NCBI GenBank assembly: GCA_038852315.1
Contig: JAWCKF010000005.1
Location: 12,040 to 76,039 of the forward strand
DNA from: Thermoplasmata archaeon
Lineage (GTDB): Archaea > Thermoplasmatota > Thermoplasmata > UBA10834
DNA: 64,000 nt
Reading direction: 5' to 3'
Shown: piece after piece, positions 53,836-63,241 of the stretch
Numbering within the stretch: position 1 is the stretch's first letter
Layout: each line of letters starts with the position of its first letter
Notes under the pieces: model-generated
Seen by the model: the letters and a program-made list of their open reading frames with translations, nothing else
What the model was told of the DNA's origin: nothing
The model's database searches: none
Program-made: the position numbers and the translations under genes

Positions 53836-55793
53836 AACCCCTGCTCCTTCGGTTTCCCGCCATTCGGCACATTGTCCTGCCCTCGTGCCGCAGCCGATGA
53901 AGATGACATCTGCTTCGCCAAATCGTTCAGTTTCGAAGCCAGATTCGCCAGCTCCTGCGCCGATGCGGCCATCTCCTCCATGCCCGCCGCGAGTTCCTCA
54001 GTTGACACGGAGACGCTCTCGGAGGATGAGGACGTCTCGCGGGCTATCGTGGCGACCTCGTCGAGCGCCTTTGCTAGGTTCTCCGTCAACGCTTTCTGCT
54101 CTTCAGTGGAAGCGCTGATCTCCTCGACCATGGCCGCGGTCTCCTGAATGGTCGCCGCGATGTCCTCGAGCGACTTGAGCGAATCGGATATCGTCCTCGC
54201 GCTCTCGGTCGCGTCCGCGATGGTGTGCTCCATCTTCTGGGTGGTCTCCTGGATGTCCGTCTCGACGAGCTCGATGAGCTCCTGTATCTGGCTCGCGGCC
54301 TTGCGCGAGCCCTCCGCTAGCTTTCTGACCTCGTCAGCCACGACGGCGAATCCTCGCCCTTGTTCGCCCGCCCTCGCGGCCTCTATTGCGGCGTTCAGCG
54401 AGAGGAGGTTAGTCTGATGAGCGATGTTGGTGATTATGGAGACTATCTGGGCTATCTCCTTCGACTTCTTTGAGAGGCGCTTCATCGATTCGCCTGTCTC
54501 TTCGACGTTCTTCACCAGAGAGCTCATCCTCTCCAACGAGTGCTGCGCAGACCTGCTGCCCGTCTGTGCCACCTCGCTCGCGTTCGATGACGCACTGGCT
54601 GCGTTCTGAGCGCTCTGGACGACGTCGTAGATCGCTTTGGTCTGCTCAGCGAGCATCTTGACCATCTCGTCGATCTTGCTGGATTCGGCCTGAGCACTCT
54701 TCGCCGCCTGCATGACGGAGGTGGAAACATGCTGTGTGCTCTGAGTCATCTGATTGATGGTCTCGGCGAGGAGCATCGAGGATTCCCTGAGAGAACCTGA
54801 TGCGTCCCTCAGTTCCCTGGTCATGCGCTCCATGTTAGCCTTCATGAGCTTGAACGCCGCGACGAGCTTCGCCATGTCGCCCTTGGCCTCGACGTCGATG
54901 TCCTTGCTGAAGTCGCCTGCGGCTATCGCCTCAGCGGATTCCGTCAGTTTTGCAAGCGGTCCTGATGTATTCTCTATGAGCGCATTCATCGACTTGATCA
55001 GGTCCCCGACCTCGTCGTTGCCAGCCTTGATCTCGAGCCTAGTCCGGAAGTTCCCGGCAGCGATAGTCTTAGCAGCCTTGGACACCGCCACAATCGGCCT
55101 GGTCTCGCGGCTAGTTATGACGAAGGTGGCCAGCGCGATCGCCGCTATGCCCGCCATCGCGGAAACAATCGTGTAGAAGGTGGCGGTCCTTATCTTCTGG
55201 TTCGCGAACTCGTCCATGATGTTTGATGCGTCCGTGACGATTCCTATGAGGTCGGCCATCGCAACGTTGATTGACTCCAGGTGTCCGGACGCGTTACCAG
55301 CGGCCGAGTATGCGGAGGAAGCCTTGTTTGTCACGAGGAACGCCGCGGCCGCGTTCGTGTCATCCTCGTAGCTATCGTACTGGTTTTTTATGCTGGTGAA
55401 CAGGGTCTGCTCCTGCTGAAGCAGGTCGGTCCTGCCAGCATCCCTCAGGAGATCGCTCATGTGTGGCTGTCTGGCCAATGACTTGTAGTTCTCGTAGTCG
55501 TTCAGGAACTGCCCGAAGGCCTGCTGGTAACTGACCATCTCGTTGTAGTTGATGCTCGCTTCCATGGACGGGTACTCGAGCACGTATATCATGAACGACT
55601 CGTGGGCCGCAGAGAGGTTGTTCAGAGCCTTCGAGATCTCCGCGATCACAACAAGAGACTCGTCGTGGACGATCCTCTGGTTGTCCTTGATATCGTTCAG
55701 ACTCTGGACGGACACGACACCGACTACGGCTACCGGTATCAGCGTCAGCCCAAGGATTATGGCCACCAGCTTCACTGTCAGAGTGAGCCTCAA
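53832..55793 (-). CDS. Methyl-accepting chemotaxis protein (two TM helices, extracytoplasmic sensor region, HAMP, signalling domain)
   Basis: ORF track 53832..56015. I place the start at the TTG at 55793 (GGTGG 4 nt upstream), giving [21 protein letters not shown] as TM1; the GTG at 55775 is also possible. The upstream ORF-track extension runs through an AT-rich promoter-like region. The conserved hairpin tip [33 protein letters not shown] is present. Confidence 0.9.
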   Translation of the reverse strand: MRLTLTVKLVAIILGLTLIPVAVVGVVSVQSLNDIKDNQRIVHDESLVVIAEISKALNNLSAAHESFMIYVLEYPSMEASINYNEMVSYQQAFGQFLNDYENYKSLARQPHMSDLLRDAGRTDLLQQEQTLFTSIKNQYDSYEDDTNAAAAFLVTNKASSAYSAAGNASGHLESINVAMADLIGIVTDASNIMDEFANQKIRTATFYTIVSAMAGIAAIALATFVITSRETRPIVAVSKAAKTIAAGNFRTRLEIKAGNDEVGDLIKSMNALIENTSGPLAKLTESAEAIAAGDFSKDIDVEAKGDMAKLVAAFKLMKANMERMTRELRDASGSLRESSMLLAETINQMTQSTQHVSTSVMQAAKSAQAESSKIDEMVKMLAEQTKAIYDVVQSAQNAASASSNASEVAQTGSRSAQHSLERMSSLVKNVEETGESMKRLSKKSKEIAQIVSIITNIAHQTNLLSLNAAIEAARAGEQGRGFAVVADEVRKLAEGSRKAASQIQELIELVETDIQETTQKMEHTIADATESARTISDSLKSLEDIAATIQETAAMVEEISASTEEQKALTENLAKALDEVATIARETSSSSESVSVSTEELAAGMEEMAASAQELANLASKLNDLAKQMSSSSAAARGQDNVPNGGKPKEQGL

Positions 55794-55886
55794 AGTACCA
55801 CCTGACCAGACTGCGTCGCGCGAGCGAGGCCTGCGCCGGGGAGATGGCCAGGACTCATCTCGCCGCTGGTCACAATCCCTCCTGTG

Positions 55887-55925
55887 CTTATTAATATATG
55901 TCGGCATCAATTTCATTTTTGATAC
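55887..55925. promoter_or_regulatory. AT-rich, TATA-box-containing divergent promoter region (mcp-che operon leftward, cheR rightward)
   Basis: CTTATTAATATATGTCGGCATCAATTTCATTTTTGATAC is the only AT-rich stretch between the MCP start (55793) and the cheR start (56009). TATA-like elements are readable on both strands. Confidence 0.4.
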
Positions 55926-56008
55926 TGGGTCCTGCCAGGCATCAGTCGTCCACGCCCTTCGGGCGCTTCCGGCAAAGCCATATCTAGCGCGACGGGGATT
56001 GAGGCGCG

Positions 56009-56836
56009 ATGACATCCGAGGAGGAGCAGTACTTCGCTCAGGTTCAGAGGCACCTTCTCAGGTCGAGGGGGATGGACCTCACTGGCTACTCCCCCTCTTT
56101 CGTGATGAGGGCCATCAGGAAGAGGATTGGGAGGTCCGACTCCGAGAGTTATGCTGCCTATGTCAAGCTCTTGCTCAAGAGCGAGGAGGAGACGAACGAG
56201 CTCCTCAACGCACTCTCGATCAACGTCACCGAGTTTTTCAGGGACAAGGGGGCGTTCGAGACCTTTCAGGCGAAGGCCATCAGGCCTCTTCTCCAGCAGA
56301 AGGTGGGATCGCCAGGCGGCATCCTGAGGATATGGAGCGCGGGCTGCGGCACGGGCCAGGAGACATATACGCTAGCAATGTGCCTACTCGAGGAGGCCAA
56401 GGACTTCGGGAGCGCACCCAGACCCATAATGTCAGTCGTGGGCACCGACATATCGAAGACGGCGTTGGCCAAGGCGAAGAGAGGCTTCTATTCTGCAGAG
56501 GAGGTCAAGGGTGTCCCAAAGAGGCTCCTGGCGGAGTATTTTCAGCCCCAGGGCCAGGGGTACGAGGTCACGGAGGTACTGCGGAGGCATACGCGGTTCC
56601 ACGCGGAGAACCTGCTCGATCCTCCGAGTTCGAAGTTCTTCGACGCCATCGTCTGCAGGAACGTGCTGATATACTTCTCCAGACCCTCGCACGAGCTCGT
56701 TCTGAGGAACCTGCATGATGCGCTCCGCGCCGGTGGATACCTGATGCTAGGAAGGACGGAGGCGCTCATAGGGGAGATGCGGTCGAGATACGATGTCGTA
56801 GACCACGAGAACAGGATACTCCGGAAGAGGGCATGA
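56009..56836 (+). CDS. cheR: Chemotaxis protein methyltransferase CheR
   Basis: 275 aa. Motifs are TEFFRD, the SAM-binding [11 protein letters not shown], and VCRNVLIYF. Confidence 0.9.
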   Translation: MTSEEEQYFAQVQRHLLRSRGMDLTGYSPSFVMRAIRKRIGRSDSESYAAYVKLLLKSEEETNELLNALSINVTEFFRDKGAFETFQAKAIRPLLQQKVGSPGGILRIWSAGCGTGQETYTLAMCLLEEAKDFGSAPRPIMSVVGTDISKTALAKAKRGFYSAEEVKGVPKRLLAEYFQPQGQGYEVTEVLRRHTRFHAENLLDPPSSKFFDAIVCRNVLIYFSRPSHELVLRNLHDALRAGGYLMLGRTEALIGEMRSRYDVVDHENRILRKRA

Positions 56837-56844
56837 GACTTCTT

Positions 56845-57135
56845 CTAGTCGCCAAGAGCCTCATCGTCAGACAGCCATTCCGCGAACGCCAATGAATCCT
56901 CGTCATCGGCATGCAGACCTGCTATGACATCATCAAGGCTGGGCACGCTCACCCCTGACATGAAGCCCCTTATGCTCTCATAGTTGCCGTCGATCTGCGC
57001 TGCGAGCGCATCCTGGGCCAGATCCATCTCCTCGGGCGACATTTCGCGGGCGATGACTTCGGCGAGTGTCACCCCTTCTCTTTCTGCCTGGCTGATCAGC
57101 CTTGCCATGCGTTCCAGAACCATCGCTTTCCCCAT
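56845..57135 (-). CDS. Hypothetical acidic protein (96 aa)
   Basis: This is the inner part of ORF-track 56845..57240. The longer form would overlap ilvE, and the ATG at 57135 gives MGKAMVLERMARLISQ... The C-terminus is very acidic (HADDEDSLAFAEWLSDDEALGD). No family recognised. Confidence 0.35.
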   Translation of the reverse strand: MGKAMVLERMARLISQAEREGVTLAEVIAREMSPEEMDLAQDALAAQIDGNYESIRGFMSGVSVPSLDDVIAGLHADDEDSLAFAEWLSDDEALGD

Positions 57136-57202
57136 CCCTTGCGTATGACAATCGTCAGACGCAATATTGTGGATGCGACTATTTAATTGTTGGGTCACGC
57201 TG

Positions 57203-58126
57203 TCAGGAAACTGGGTCGAGCCACGAACTGTATCTCTCATCTCTGCCCCTGACGACCTCTAGGAATCTGGCTTGGATTGCCTTCGTGACGGGCCCGGGCC
57301 GGCCATCGCCGACGGGCCGCCTGTCGACCTCCCTGATGGGGGTTACTTCCGCCGCTGTGCCCGTGAAGAACAGTTCGTCGGCCATGTACAGTTCGCTCCT
57401 TGCGATGTCCTGTTCCCTAACATCGTAGCCCATCTCAGCCGCGAGCTTCATCACGGAATCTCTCGTGATACCAGGCAGGATACCTGCGCTGAGAGGCGGC
57501 GTGAACAGCCTCCCATCCCTGACCATGAACAGGTTCTCCCCCGACCCCTCTGCGACCATGTGCGTGTCGTTGAGCATTATGGTCTCGTCGAACCCGTTCA
57601 GCTTGGCCTCCATGACGGCCAGGGCGCTGTTGAGGTAGTCGCCGCAAACCTTTGCGGTGGCGGGCACGGACCCGCTCGAGACCCTGTGCCAGGAAGAGGT
57701 GTGGACCCTGATACCGTTCCTCATGCCCTCGTCACCCAGGTAGGCGCCCATCTCGAAGGTGACGATGAACACCTCAACGGGGTAGCCTATCGGGTTGACA
57801 CCTATGCCGGAGACGCCGTAGAAGGCGATCGGCCTGATGTAGCACGCCTGCAGCCTGTTCGCCCTGACGGTCTCCTTGGCGGCGATGCAGAGCTCCTCGA
57901 CGCTGAAGGGGAGGCTCATGTTTATGGCTCGCGCGGACATCTGCATCCGCTCCATGTGCTCTCTCAGCCTGAAGATCGCTGGGCCCCGGTCGGTCTTGTA
58001 GCAGCGTATCCCCTCGAAGACGCCGGTCCCGTAGTGCAGGCCATGCGTCAGGACATGGACTGTTGCGTCCTTCCAATCGATAAGCTTTCCGTTCTTCCAT
58101 ATCTTCTCAGTTGGCTGGATCTGCAT
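57203..58126 (-). CDS. ilvE: Branched-chain amino acid aminotransferase
   Basis: 307 aa, fold-type IV. Motifs are HGLHYGTGVFEGIRCY, LPGITR and FFTGTAAEVTPI. Confidence 0.9.
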   Translation of the reverse strand: MQIQPTEKIWKNGKLIDWKDATVHVLTHGLHYGTGVFEGIRCYKTDRGPAIFRLREHMERMQMSARAINMSLPFSVEELCIAAKETVRANRLQACYIRPIAFYGVSGIGVNPIGYPVEVFIVTFEMGAYLGDEGMRNGIRVHTSSWHRVSSGSVPATAKVCGDYLNSALAVMEAKLNGFDETIMLNDTHMVAEGSGENLFMVRDGRLFTPPLSAGILPGITRDSVMKLAAEMGYDVREQDIARSELYMADELFFTGTAAEVTPIREVDRRPVGDGRPGPVTKAIQARFLEVVRGRDERYSSWLDPVS

Positions 58127-58151
58127 CCGATCCCACCTCCGACCGCGCCCT

Positions 58152-58937
58152 TCATGGCGCTTTGACTACTTGGTTTCTGAGTACGCCTACGCCGTCGAGC
58201 TCGACCTCGACGGTGTCGCCACACCTCAACGGACCTATCCCCGAGGGCGTGCCCGTCGCTATGATGTCGCCGGGTTCGAGAGTCATTATCCCCGAGATGT
58301 ACTCCACGAGGTCGGAGTCGTCGAACACCCTGTCTGAAAGCGGGCTGTCCTGGACCACCCTCCCGTTGAGCCTCGTGACGACCCGGGTGGGCGGGGCCGA
58401 AGACACGAACGGGCCCATAGGCGCGAAGGTGTCGAACCCCTTAGCCCTGGTCCAGTCAACATCCGCCTCTTGGAGGTCCCTGGCAGTCACGTCATTAAGG
58501 CACGTGAACCCGAAGATGTGCTTCGCCCCGTCCGTTGCGTGCCTGGCCCTCTTGCCAACCACCACTGCACACTCCCCTTCGTAGTCCACACGGCTCGAAA
58601 TCCTCGGAATCACTATGTCCTCCCCTGGCCCGACGATCGCCGACGGGGGCTTGCTGAATATCACTGGCACTTCTGGTGTCTCCCAGCCCATCTCCCTGAT
58701 GTGGCTCCTGTAGTTGAGTCCCACACAGATGATCTTGCTGGGGCGCTCGACGGGCGGAAGCACTTTGAGCTCCGCCAGGAGGTGCTCCCTGCCAGTGGGA
58801 CGGATGGTGCCCACTATAGCATCCGCCATGTGCGGCGAGTCCATCTCGATGACACGGTCCTTTTGGACCGCGCCGACGAACACCCGTCCGCCGCAGGAGA
58901 ACCTGCCGAGCAAGGTGGGGGGCGAGCTGCGATTCAA
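58152..58937 (-). CDS. Fumarylacetoacetate hydrolase (FAH) family protein
   Basis: 261 aa. Motifs are [25 protein letters not shown] and [12 protein letters not shown]. The TTG start overlaps the ilvC stop. Confidence 0.8.
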   Translation of the reverse strand: MNRSSPPTLLGRFSCGGRVFVGAVQKDRVIEMDSPHMADAIVGTIRPTGREHLLAELKVLPPVERPSKIICVGLNYRSHIREMGWETPEVPVIFSKPPSAIVGPGEDIVIPRISSRVDYEGECAVVVGKRARHATDGAKHIFGFTCLNDVTARDLQEADVDWTRAKGFDTFAPMGPFVSSAPPTRVVTRLNGRVVQDSPLSDRVFDDSDLVEYISGIMTLEPGDIIATGTPSGIGPLRCGDTVEVELDGVGVLRNQVVKAP

Positions 58938-59923
58938 GAGAACATCTTCCTTATCTTGCGGCCGACGACCTCGATCTGCGACCTCCGTCCTTCCTCCCTC
59001 AGTCTCTTCAGGGTGGGCATCCCCGCTTCATACTCCTTCACCCACTCCCTGGCGAACTCGCCAGACCTGATCTCCCTCAGTATCTCCCTCATCGTCTCCT
59101 TGGTGCGGTCGTCTATTATCCTCCCGCCCCTGGTCCTTCCGCCGTACTCAGCAGTGTTGGACACGCCCTCCCACATGCCCTCGATGCCGCCCTTCTGGAC
59201 GAGGTCTATGATGAGTTTGAGCTCGTGAAGCACCTCGAAATAGGCTATCTCAGGCTGGTATCCCTCCTCCACGAGCACGTCGAACGAGGTCTTGATGAGT
59301 GCGCTGGCACCGCCGCACAGATCCACCTGCTCCCCGAACAGGTCCGTCTCGGTCTCCTCCGCAAAAGTCGTCTCTATCACGCCCCTCCTGGTCGCCCTCA
59401 GACCTTTCGCGATCGCCAGCGCTGTCTTCTTGGCCTTGCCCGAGTAGTCCTGGTGAACGGCTATGAGCGCCGGCACGCCTATCCCCGCGAGGTAGGTCTC
59501 TCGAACGAGCGCACCGGGACCCTTGGGGGCCACCATGATGACATCGATGTCCTTCGGGGGCACTATCCGCTTGAAGTGTATGTTGAACCCGTGGGCGAAG
59601 TCCAGCGTCATGCCCGGCCTCAGGTTGGGTGCCACGTCCTTGTCGTACACAGCCTTCTGGACTTCGTCCGGTATGAGCATCATGACAATGTCCGCCGATC
59701 TGACCGCATCCGGTATGCTCATGATCTTCATCCTGTCGGCCTTGGCCCTCTTCCAGGTCTCGTCCTTCAGGCCAAGCCCCAAGACCACATCCACGCCGCT
59801 GTCCCTCAGGTTGAGAGACTGTGCCCTTCCCTGTATCCCGTAGCCTATCACCGCGACCTTCCTGCCCCTGAGGGCCTTTAGGTCGGCGTCCCTGTCGTAG
59901 TATATCTTCGCCAATGCGATCAA
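58934..59923 (-). CDS. ilvC: Ketol-acid reductoisomerase
   Basis: 329 aa. Motifs are [21 protein letters not shown] and the C-terminal knotted domain block [13 protein letters not shown]. Confidence 0.95.
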   Translation of the reverse strand: MIALAKIYYDRDADLKALRGRKVAVIGYGIQGRAQSLNLRDSGVDVVLGLGLKDETWKRAKADRMKIMSIPDAVRSADIVMMLIPDEVQKAVYDKDVAPNLRPGMTLDFAHGFNIHFKRIVPPKDIDVIMVAPKGPGALVRETYLAGIGVPALIAVHQDYSGKAKKTALAIAKGLRATRRGVIETTFAEETETDLFGEQVDLCGGASALIKTSFDVLVEEGYQPEIAYFEVLHELKLIIDLVQKGGIEGMWEGVSNTAEYGGRTRGGRIIDDRTKETMREILREIRSGEFAREWVKEYEAGMPTLKRLREEGRRSQIEVVGRKIRKMFS

Positions 59924-59933
59924 CTCCCTCTTT

Positions 59934-60296
59934 TCAGATTGCGTTCATGGCCTGTATGAACCGCTCCGGCTGGCTCCTCTTGACTATCGTGTCTACCTCA
60001 TCGACGCCGCCGGTGATCCTGCAGAGCCCCTCCTTGGTCTGTATCAGCGCGTACGCCTCGTGCCTAGAATGATCAACGAGGTTGGCCTCGATGACCTCCT
60101 GAAGGGCGCGCAAGTGCTCCAGGACGCTCTCCGCCTTCTCCTTATCCTTGACGGACAACACTATGCGCGCCTTGTCGGGCATCTCGCACTTGCCGACCAC
60201 GATGGTCTCCACGTTTATCCGCTTTCTGTTGAACTCTCCCATCACCCTCTGCATCACGCCTGGCTGGTCGTGGACCAGCATCATGATGACCTCCAT
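59934..60296 (-). CDS. ilvN: Acetolactate synthase small (regulatory) subunit, ACT domain, short form
   Basis: 120 aa. The ACT N-terminus is [31 protein letters not shown]. It lies immediately downstream of ilvB with no gap. Confidence 0.75.
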   Translation of the reverse strand: MEVIMMLVHDQPGVMQRVMGEFNRKRINVETIVVGKCEMPDKARIVLSVKDKEKAESVLEHLRALQEVIEANLVDHSRHEAYALIQTKEGLCRITGGVDEVDTIVKRSQPERFIQAMNAI

Positions 60297-61979
60297 TCAA
60301 GTCACCCCGCCTTTCCACGGACATCTGCCCTTTATACAGTCCGCGCTCGTCTTCCCCGGGGGAGTCATCGGCAGGACGTCCTCCTCGGGATCGACCATCA
60401 CGTCGAGCAGGATCGGAACCTCGGACCTTGCAGCGCGCGTTATCGCCTCTGCCAACTCTGAGTGCCTCTCGACCCTGATCGCCTCCGCGCCATACGCCTC
60501 GGCCAGCTTCACGAAGTCGGGTGAGCCTGCGAACTTCGTCGCCATGTACCTCGACCCGTAGAACAGCTTCTGCCACTGCTTCACCATTCCGAGCCAGCCG
60601 TTGTTCAGAAGGCACACGATCACGGGTATGTCGTTCTCGACCGCCGTCGCGAACTCCTGCGAGACCATCTGCAGGCTCCCGTCACCCGCGATGTCGGCGA
60701 CCACACTCTCGGGCCTGGCGATCTTGGCGCCAAGGGCCGCGGGGAACCCGAACCCCATCGTCCCCAGGCCTCCCGACGTGATGAACATCCTCTTTCCATA
60801 ACATCTGTAGAAGTGGGCGGCCCACATCTGGTTCTGGCCAACCTCTGTCGTCACGATGGCGTCGTCTGGCAGGTTGTTCGACAGTTCGTGGATGACCTTC
60901 TGGGGTTTGATGGGGTCAGACCGGATGTTATAGTCGCACTCGCACTCCTTCTTCAGCTGAAGTATCCGATCCTTCCAAGTGGCCGCCTTCTTACGCTTCT
61001 GAAGGCCTGCAATGAGGGCGTTCACTACAGTCCACGCATCGCCAACGAGGCCCACCCTCCCCTTGACGTTCTTGCCTATCTCCGACGAATCGATGTCCAC
61101 GTGGACGACCTTGGTCCTCACCCCGAACTCGCTCAGCTTGCCGGTCACCCTGTCGCTGAATCTCGTTCCTATCGCGAGGAGCACATCGCAGTTGTTCAGC
61201 GCGTAGTTGGCGACCTGTCGTCCGTGCATGCCACAAACACCGAGCACCAGCGGGTGATTCTCGGGCACCGAGCCCTTGGCCATCAGCGTGGTCACAATAG
61301 GCGCCATCAGCATCTCCGCCAGCCGGACGATCTCGGGGCCGGCCCGCGACCAAGCTACCCCACCCCCGACCATGATGGTCGGCCTCTCAGCGTTCTCGAG
61401 CAGCTTGACGGCGTCCAACAGGCCCGAGAGGTTCTTCTTCGGCTTGGGGACCTTCACTTCGACTTTGAGAGCATCCTCGTCAATCTCAGAGGTGAACATA
61501 TCGTTGGGTATGTCTATGTGCACTGGCCCATACCTGCCAGTGGTCGCAATCATAAAGGACTTCTTGATTATCTCCGGGAGAGTCTTTGGGTCGGTTATCC
61601 TGAAGTTGTGCTTGGAAACGGGCATCATCAGGCTGAAGGCGTCCGCCTCCTGGAACGCATCGTTGCCGAGGACGCCGGTCGCGACCTGACCTGTGATCGC
61701 CACCATCGGCGATGAGTCCATGTAGGCAGTGGCGACCCCTGTCACGAGGTTTGTCGCCCCGGGACCGGATGTGGCGACGCACACGCCAGGCTTCTTCGAC
61801 ACACGAGCGTATCCGTCAGCCATGTGTCCAGCGCACTGTTCGTGTCGCGCGAGTATGTGCCGGATGTCGGAATCCACGAGCTCGTCGTAGAACGGGAGCA
61901 GGACGCCGCCTGGTATACCGAACATCACTTGCACGCCCTGCTGTTCGAGCAGCTCCACGGCAGCCCTCGCTCCCTTCAT
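60297..61979 (-). CDS. ilvB: Acetolactate synthase large subunit (ThDP-dependent)
   Basis: 560 aa. The N-terminal motif is GIPGGVLLPFYD. The ThDP motif is GGLGTMGFGFPAALGA...GDGS...NNGWLGMV. Confidence 0.95.
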   Translation of the reverse strand: MKGARAAVELLEQQGVQVMFGIPGGVLLPFYDELVDSDIRHILARHEQCAGHMADGYARVSKKPGVCVATSGPGATNLVTGVATAYMDSSPMVAITGQVATGVLGNDAFQEADAFSLMMPVSKHNFRITDPKTLPEIIKKSFMIATTGRYGPVHIDIPNDMFTSEIDEDALKVEVKVPKPKKNLSGLLDAVKLLENAERPTIMVGGGVAWSRAGPEIVRLAEMLMAPIVTTLMAKGSVPENHPLVLGVCGMHGRQVANYALNNCDVLLAIGTRFSDRVTGKLSEFGVRTKVVHVDIDSSEIGKNVKGRVGLVGDAWTVVNALIAGLQKRKKAATWKDRILQLKKECECDYNIRSDPIKPQKVIHELSNNLPDDAIVTTEVGQNQMWAAHFYRCYGKRMFITSGGLGTMGFGFPAALGAKIARPESVVADIAGDGSLQMVSQEFATAVENDIPVIVCLLNNGWLGMVKQWQKLFYGSRYMATKFAGSPDFVKLAEAYGAEAIRVERHSELAEAITRAARSEVPILLDVMVDPEEDVLPMTPPGKTSADCIKGRCPWKGGVT

Positions 61980-62216
61980 GTCCTACACACTCCGTCTTTC
62001 GGCCCGCGCCGCGCACACAGAATCCTGCGTGCCGTCTACGGGCCTATCTGCAGGTCGATAAGGACCTCTAGGGTCCCGAGAACAAGAACCAAGCGGCCCT
62101 GGCCAGGTGACCTGCACATCGGCGCTCGCAATGCCCGAGCACGTATTAATATGCTACGTCGTCTCACCCGTACGTGCTCCGAATGCGACCGACCTTTGCG
62201 CATTCTTGTACATAGC

Positions 62217-63176
62217 TTACGGGAGGGATCCTGCCTTGGGATGGCCTCTTCCCGTCACGACGGCCACAAACACGTGGCTCTTGCTCTCAAGCAACGCTAT
62301 CCCCTGGACCGACGCGGCGGATGCGGGCAGCACATCCAGCCCTTCCTCCGAGCGCATCATCTCGGCGGTCTTGACGAGGTCTTCATCGGGGATCTCCTTC
62401 GCTGAACCATTGGAGTCAAGCACTGCTGCCACGATCTCGTCAGGCTCGGTCAGGTAGTTGCCTGACAGCGGTTCGTTTGTCTCTGTGATCCTCAGGTCTG
62501 GCAGCATCACAGGCTCCTTAGCTCCCATCGCGAGCCCATGGACGGCAGAATTGTTGTTCGAGCACGCGAGCATCCTCGGCTTCATGCTCATCGCTCGGAA
62601 TCCTTGCCATATCCCTCCAATGAGTGTGCCGTTGCCGACCGGTACCGAGACCCAGTCGGGCTGTCTGCCGAGGCCTTGAGCAATCTCCTTCGCGATGTAG
62701 GTGTAGGCGAATATTCCCAGCTCCTTGTTCTCTCCGCCAGGGTTCGCGTTGTACCAGCCATTCCTCTTGGCATCCTCCACGGAGTTTTTCAGTGCCATTT
62801 CGTAATCGCCATCGACGTTGACGACGCGTGCGCCCATCGCCTCGATCTCCGCTCTCCTTGGCGCGGCGAAGTCCCTGGGGATGTAGATGTAGCAGCCGAG
62901 GTCCAGTTTCGCGGAGACGTATGCGAGGGCGGCCCCGTAGTTCCCGCAGCTCACGGCCGTGACCGCTCTGTGACCTTTCTTGCGTGCGTCAAGCACATGG
63001 ATGAGCGCTGCCCTGTCCTTGTGCGTACCCGATGGGTTGTCCCCCTCCAGCTTCAGATGCAGCCTCCTCACGCCCAGCCTCTTCTCGAGCTTGGGAGCGC
63101 GCTTGAGGCTGGTGTTCCCTATTCTCAGGCTCCTCATCTGCATCTCGAACTCCCTGATGAGCTCCAAGGGAACCAA
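62217..63176 (-). CDS. PLP-dependent enzyme, tryptophan-synthase-beta fold (threonine-synthase-like)
   Basis: 319 aa. The PLP-lysine context is NPSGTHKDRAA. VSCGNYGAALAY and VPVGNGTLIGG are also present. Confidence 0.65.
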   Translation of the reverse strand: MVPLELIREFEMQMRSLRIGNTSLKRAPKLEKRLGVRRLHLKLEGDNPSGTHKDRAALIHVLDARKKGHRAVTAVSCGNYGAALAYVSAKLDLGCYIYIPRDFAAPRRAEIEAMGARVVNVDGDYEMALKNSVEDAKRNGWYNANPGGENKELGIFAYTYIAKEIAQGLGRQPDWVSVPVGNGTLIGGIWQGFRAMSMKPRMLACSNNNSAVHGLAMGAKEPVMLPDLRITETNEPLSGNYLTEPDEIVAAVLDSNGSAKEIPDEDLVKTAEMMRSEEGLDVLPASAASVQGIALLESKSHVFVAVVTGRGHPKAGSLP

Positions 63177-63241
63177 TCCACACCACTCCTCCGAAGGCGA
63201 CCGGAGTTCTTTCTGGCCGGCCCAGCAGGCACCCGCCGCCT

